NCBI GenBank assembly: GCA_035640195.1
Contig: DASQWP010000322.1
Span: 1 to 34,225 of the forward strand
Direction of reading: 5' to 3'
Length of the DNA: 34,225 nucleotides
From: Gaiellaceae bacterium
Lineage (GTDB): Bacteria > Actinomycetota > Thermoleophilia > Gaiellales > Gaiellaceae
In this document: one piece after another, positions 33,041 through 34,225 of the stretch
Layout: each line of letters opens with the position of its first letter
How positions within the stretch are numbered: the first letter of the stretch is position 1
Translations under genes and position numbers: made by a program
The notes under the pieces: model-generated
What the model was told of the DNA's origin: nothing
Database searches by the model: none
The model's input: only the letters and a program-made list of their open reading frames with translations

Positions 33041-34225
33041 TCCGCGAACCGGGCCTCGACGGCCGCGGCGGGCTCGCCGCCGAAGACGTGGTCGGTGACG
33101 GCCGCCGGCCAGAAGGAGAGCACGAGCAGGACGAGCACGAGCGGGGCGACGAGGCCGACCTCGGCCGGGCGGAGGTCGAGCGCGGCATCGGGCACGGCCG
33201 AGCCGACGTCCTCGTGCAGCACCGCCGAGATCAGGCGGAGCATGTACATGGCCGCGAGCACGATCGCGATCGCTCCCACGACGGCCCAGCCCCAGCCGAC
33301 CTCGAAGATGCCGTTGAGGACGAGGAACTCGGCTGCGAACGCGCTCGAGCCGGGCACGGCGAGCGCGATCACGCCCGTCGTGATCAGGATCGTCGCCAGC
33401 ACGGGCCGTCCGCGCGCCATCCCTCCCAGGAGCTCGAGCCGTCCGGTGGCGCAGCGGCGCTCGATCGCGCCCGCGAGGAGGAAGAGCGCAGCCGAGATGA
33501 GCCCGTGGTTGACCATCTGGAGGAGGGCGCCGTTGAGCCCCGAGTCGTTGACGGCGAAGAGCCCGATCACGATCAGGTTCATCTGCGCGAGGCTCGAGTA
33601 GGCGACGATCCCGCGCACGTCCGGCGCCCGGAAGGCGAGCAGCGAGCCGTAGACGAGCCCGATCGAGGCGAGCACGAGGATCGGCACCCGCCAGTCCTCC
33701 ACGGGCTCGGGAAAGGATGGCAGCGCGATGCGCAGGAAGCCGTAGGCGGCCGCCTTCGAGACCACGCCCGAGAGGACTGCGGAGACCTCGGCCGGCCCTT
33801 CCCGGTAGGCGTCCGGGAGCCAGCCGTGGAAGGGCCAGATCGGCGCCTTGACCGCGAAGGCCGCGGCGAAGCCGAGGAAGATCCACGTGTTCGAGCTCGT
33901 CCCCATCTCGGTCATGTCGAACGTGCCGGCCTCGAGCCCGAAAGCGATGATGGCGACGAGCATGAGGAGGGAGCCCGCCATCGTGTAGGCGATGAACTTG
34001 AAGGTCGCCCCGAGCCGGCCGGGGCCGCCCCAGACGCCGATCAGGACGTAGAGCGGAATCAACATCGCCTCCCAGAAGACGTAGAAGAGGAGGAGGTCCT
34101 GGGCGGCGAAGACGCCGACCGTGGCGCCCGTGAGGAAGAGGAGGAGCCCGAAGTACGCGCGCGGGCGGGCGCGGCGCGCCCACATCCCATACGCGATCCC
34201 GGCCACCGAGACGAGCGCCGTCAGG
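33037..34225 (-). CDS. nuoM: NADH-quinone oxidoreductase subunit M (C-terminal about 395 codons; 5' end lies beyond the window)
   Basis: Track ORF 33037..34206, and the frame stays open to the window edge. Contains FVFWEAMLIPLY, AFAVKAPIWPFHGWLPDAYREGP, AYSSLAQMN and QMVNHGL. Confidence 0.9.
   Translation of the reverse strand, partial: LTALVSVAGIAYGMWARRARPRAYFGLLLFLTGATVGVFAAQDLLLFYVFWEAMLIPLYVLIGVWGGPGRLGATFKFIAYTMAGSLLMLVAIIAFGLEAGTFDMTEMGTSSNTWIFLGFAAAFAVKAPIWPFHGWLPDAYREGPAEVSAVLSGVVSKAAAYGFLRIALPSFPEPVEDWRVPILVLASIGLVYGSLLAFRAPDVRGIVAYSSLAQMNLIVIGLFAVNDSGLNGALLQMVNHGLISAALFLLAGAIERRCATGRLELLGGMARGRPVLATILITTGVIALAVPGSSAFAAEFLVLNGIFEVGWGWAVVGAIAIVLAAMYMLRLISAVLHEDVGSAVPDAALDLRPAEVGLVAPLVLVLLVLSFWPAAVTDHVFGGEPAAAVEARFAE

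Noticed and set aside
31559-34183. An 874-aa track ORF read as a single gene. The same issue applies to 14538..16229, 15527..17269 and 16936..18189.
   Set aside because: The 5' portions overlap the upstream gene in another frame and are Arg/Pro-rich nonsense. The real starts are 33040, 15530, 16933 and 17508, each coupled to the upstream stop.
1-34225. I looked for tRNA, rRNA, CRISPR arrays, transposases, integrases, prophage genes and compositional islands.
   Set aside because: Intergenic spacers are all 130 nt or shorter and none folds into a cloverleaf by eye. No recombinase or phage-like ORFs are present, and I noticed no obvious GC drop anywhere.

Overview
This is a 34.2-kb, very GC-rich (about 70% or more by eye) and tightly packed window. 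I call 36 protein-coding genes, two of them truncated by the window edges. I found no rRNA, tRNA, CRISPR array, transposase or integrase. The gene content points to Actinomycetota, possibly a deep-branching lineage; this is inference only, based on an mtrA-mtrB-lpqB-like cluster, a DUF3107-like small protein, frequent 1-4 nt start/stop overlaps and TANNNT boxes 6-9 nt before start codons. Most genes are housekeeping: a fused EtfB-EtfA, rarA, an M20 peptidase, DUF1385, an NAPRTase-like gene, a short FtsH, methylmalonyl-CoA epimerase, two ECF sigma factors, a YchF-like ATPase, a YhaM-like nuclease, DUF1015, an IMPase, Mrp/ApbC, and nuoM-nuoN. One eight-gene co-directional cell-envelope array runs capA, mtrA, mtrB, lpqB-like, ECF sigma, membrane partner, L,D-transpeptidase, GNAT. 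I do not see a clear-cut new defence or mobile system. The observations most worth a second look are: (1) a repeated 'gene-junction' element at two loci 17 kb apart. It is an exact 29-mer that starts with the upstream gene's TGA, plus an 11-bp palindromic hairpin that contains the downstream gene's start codon and shows one compensated base-pair change. (2) A 130-nt intergenic region in front of an adenylate cyclase gene that is filled with strong hairpins. (3) A redox/cNMP gene set translationally coupled to the end of the nuo operon, next to a membrane cyclase with non-canonical substrate-specifying residues. (4) Mrp and an Ldh_2-like gene lie in one reading frame separated only by a TAA, and the next gene, a methyltransferase, has its SAM motif upstream of any ATG/GTG/TTG. 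All family assignments come from reading motifs by eye; no searches were run.
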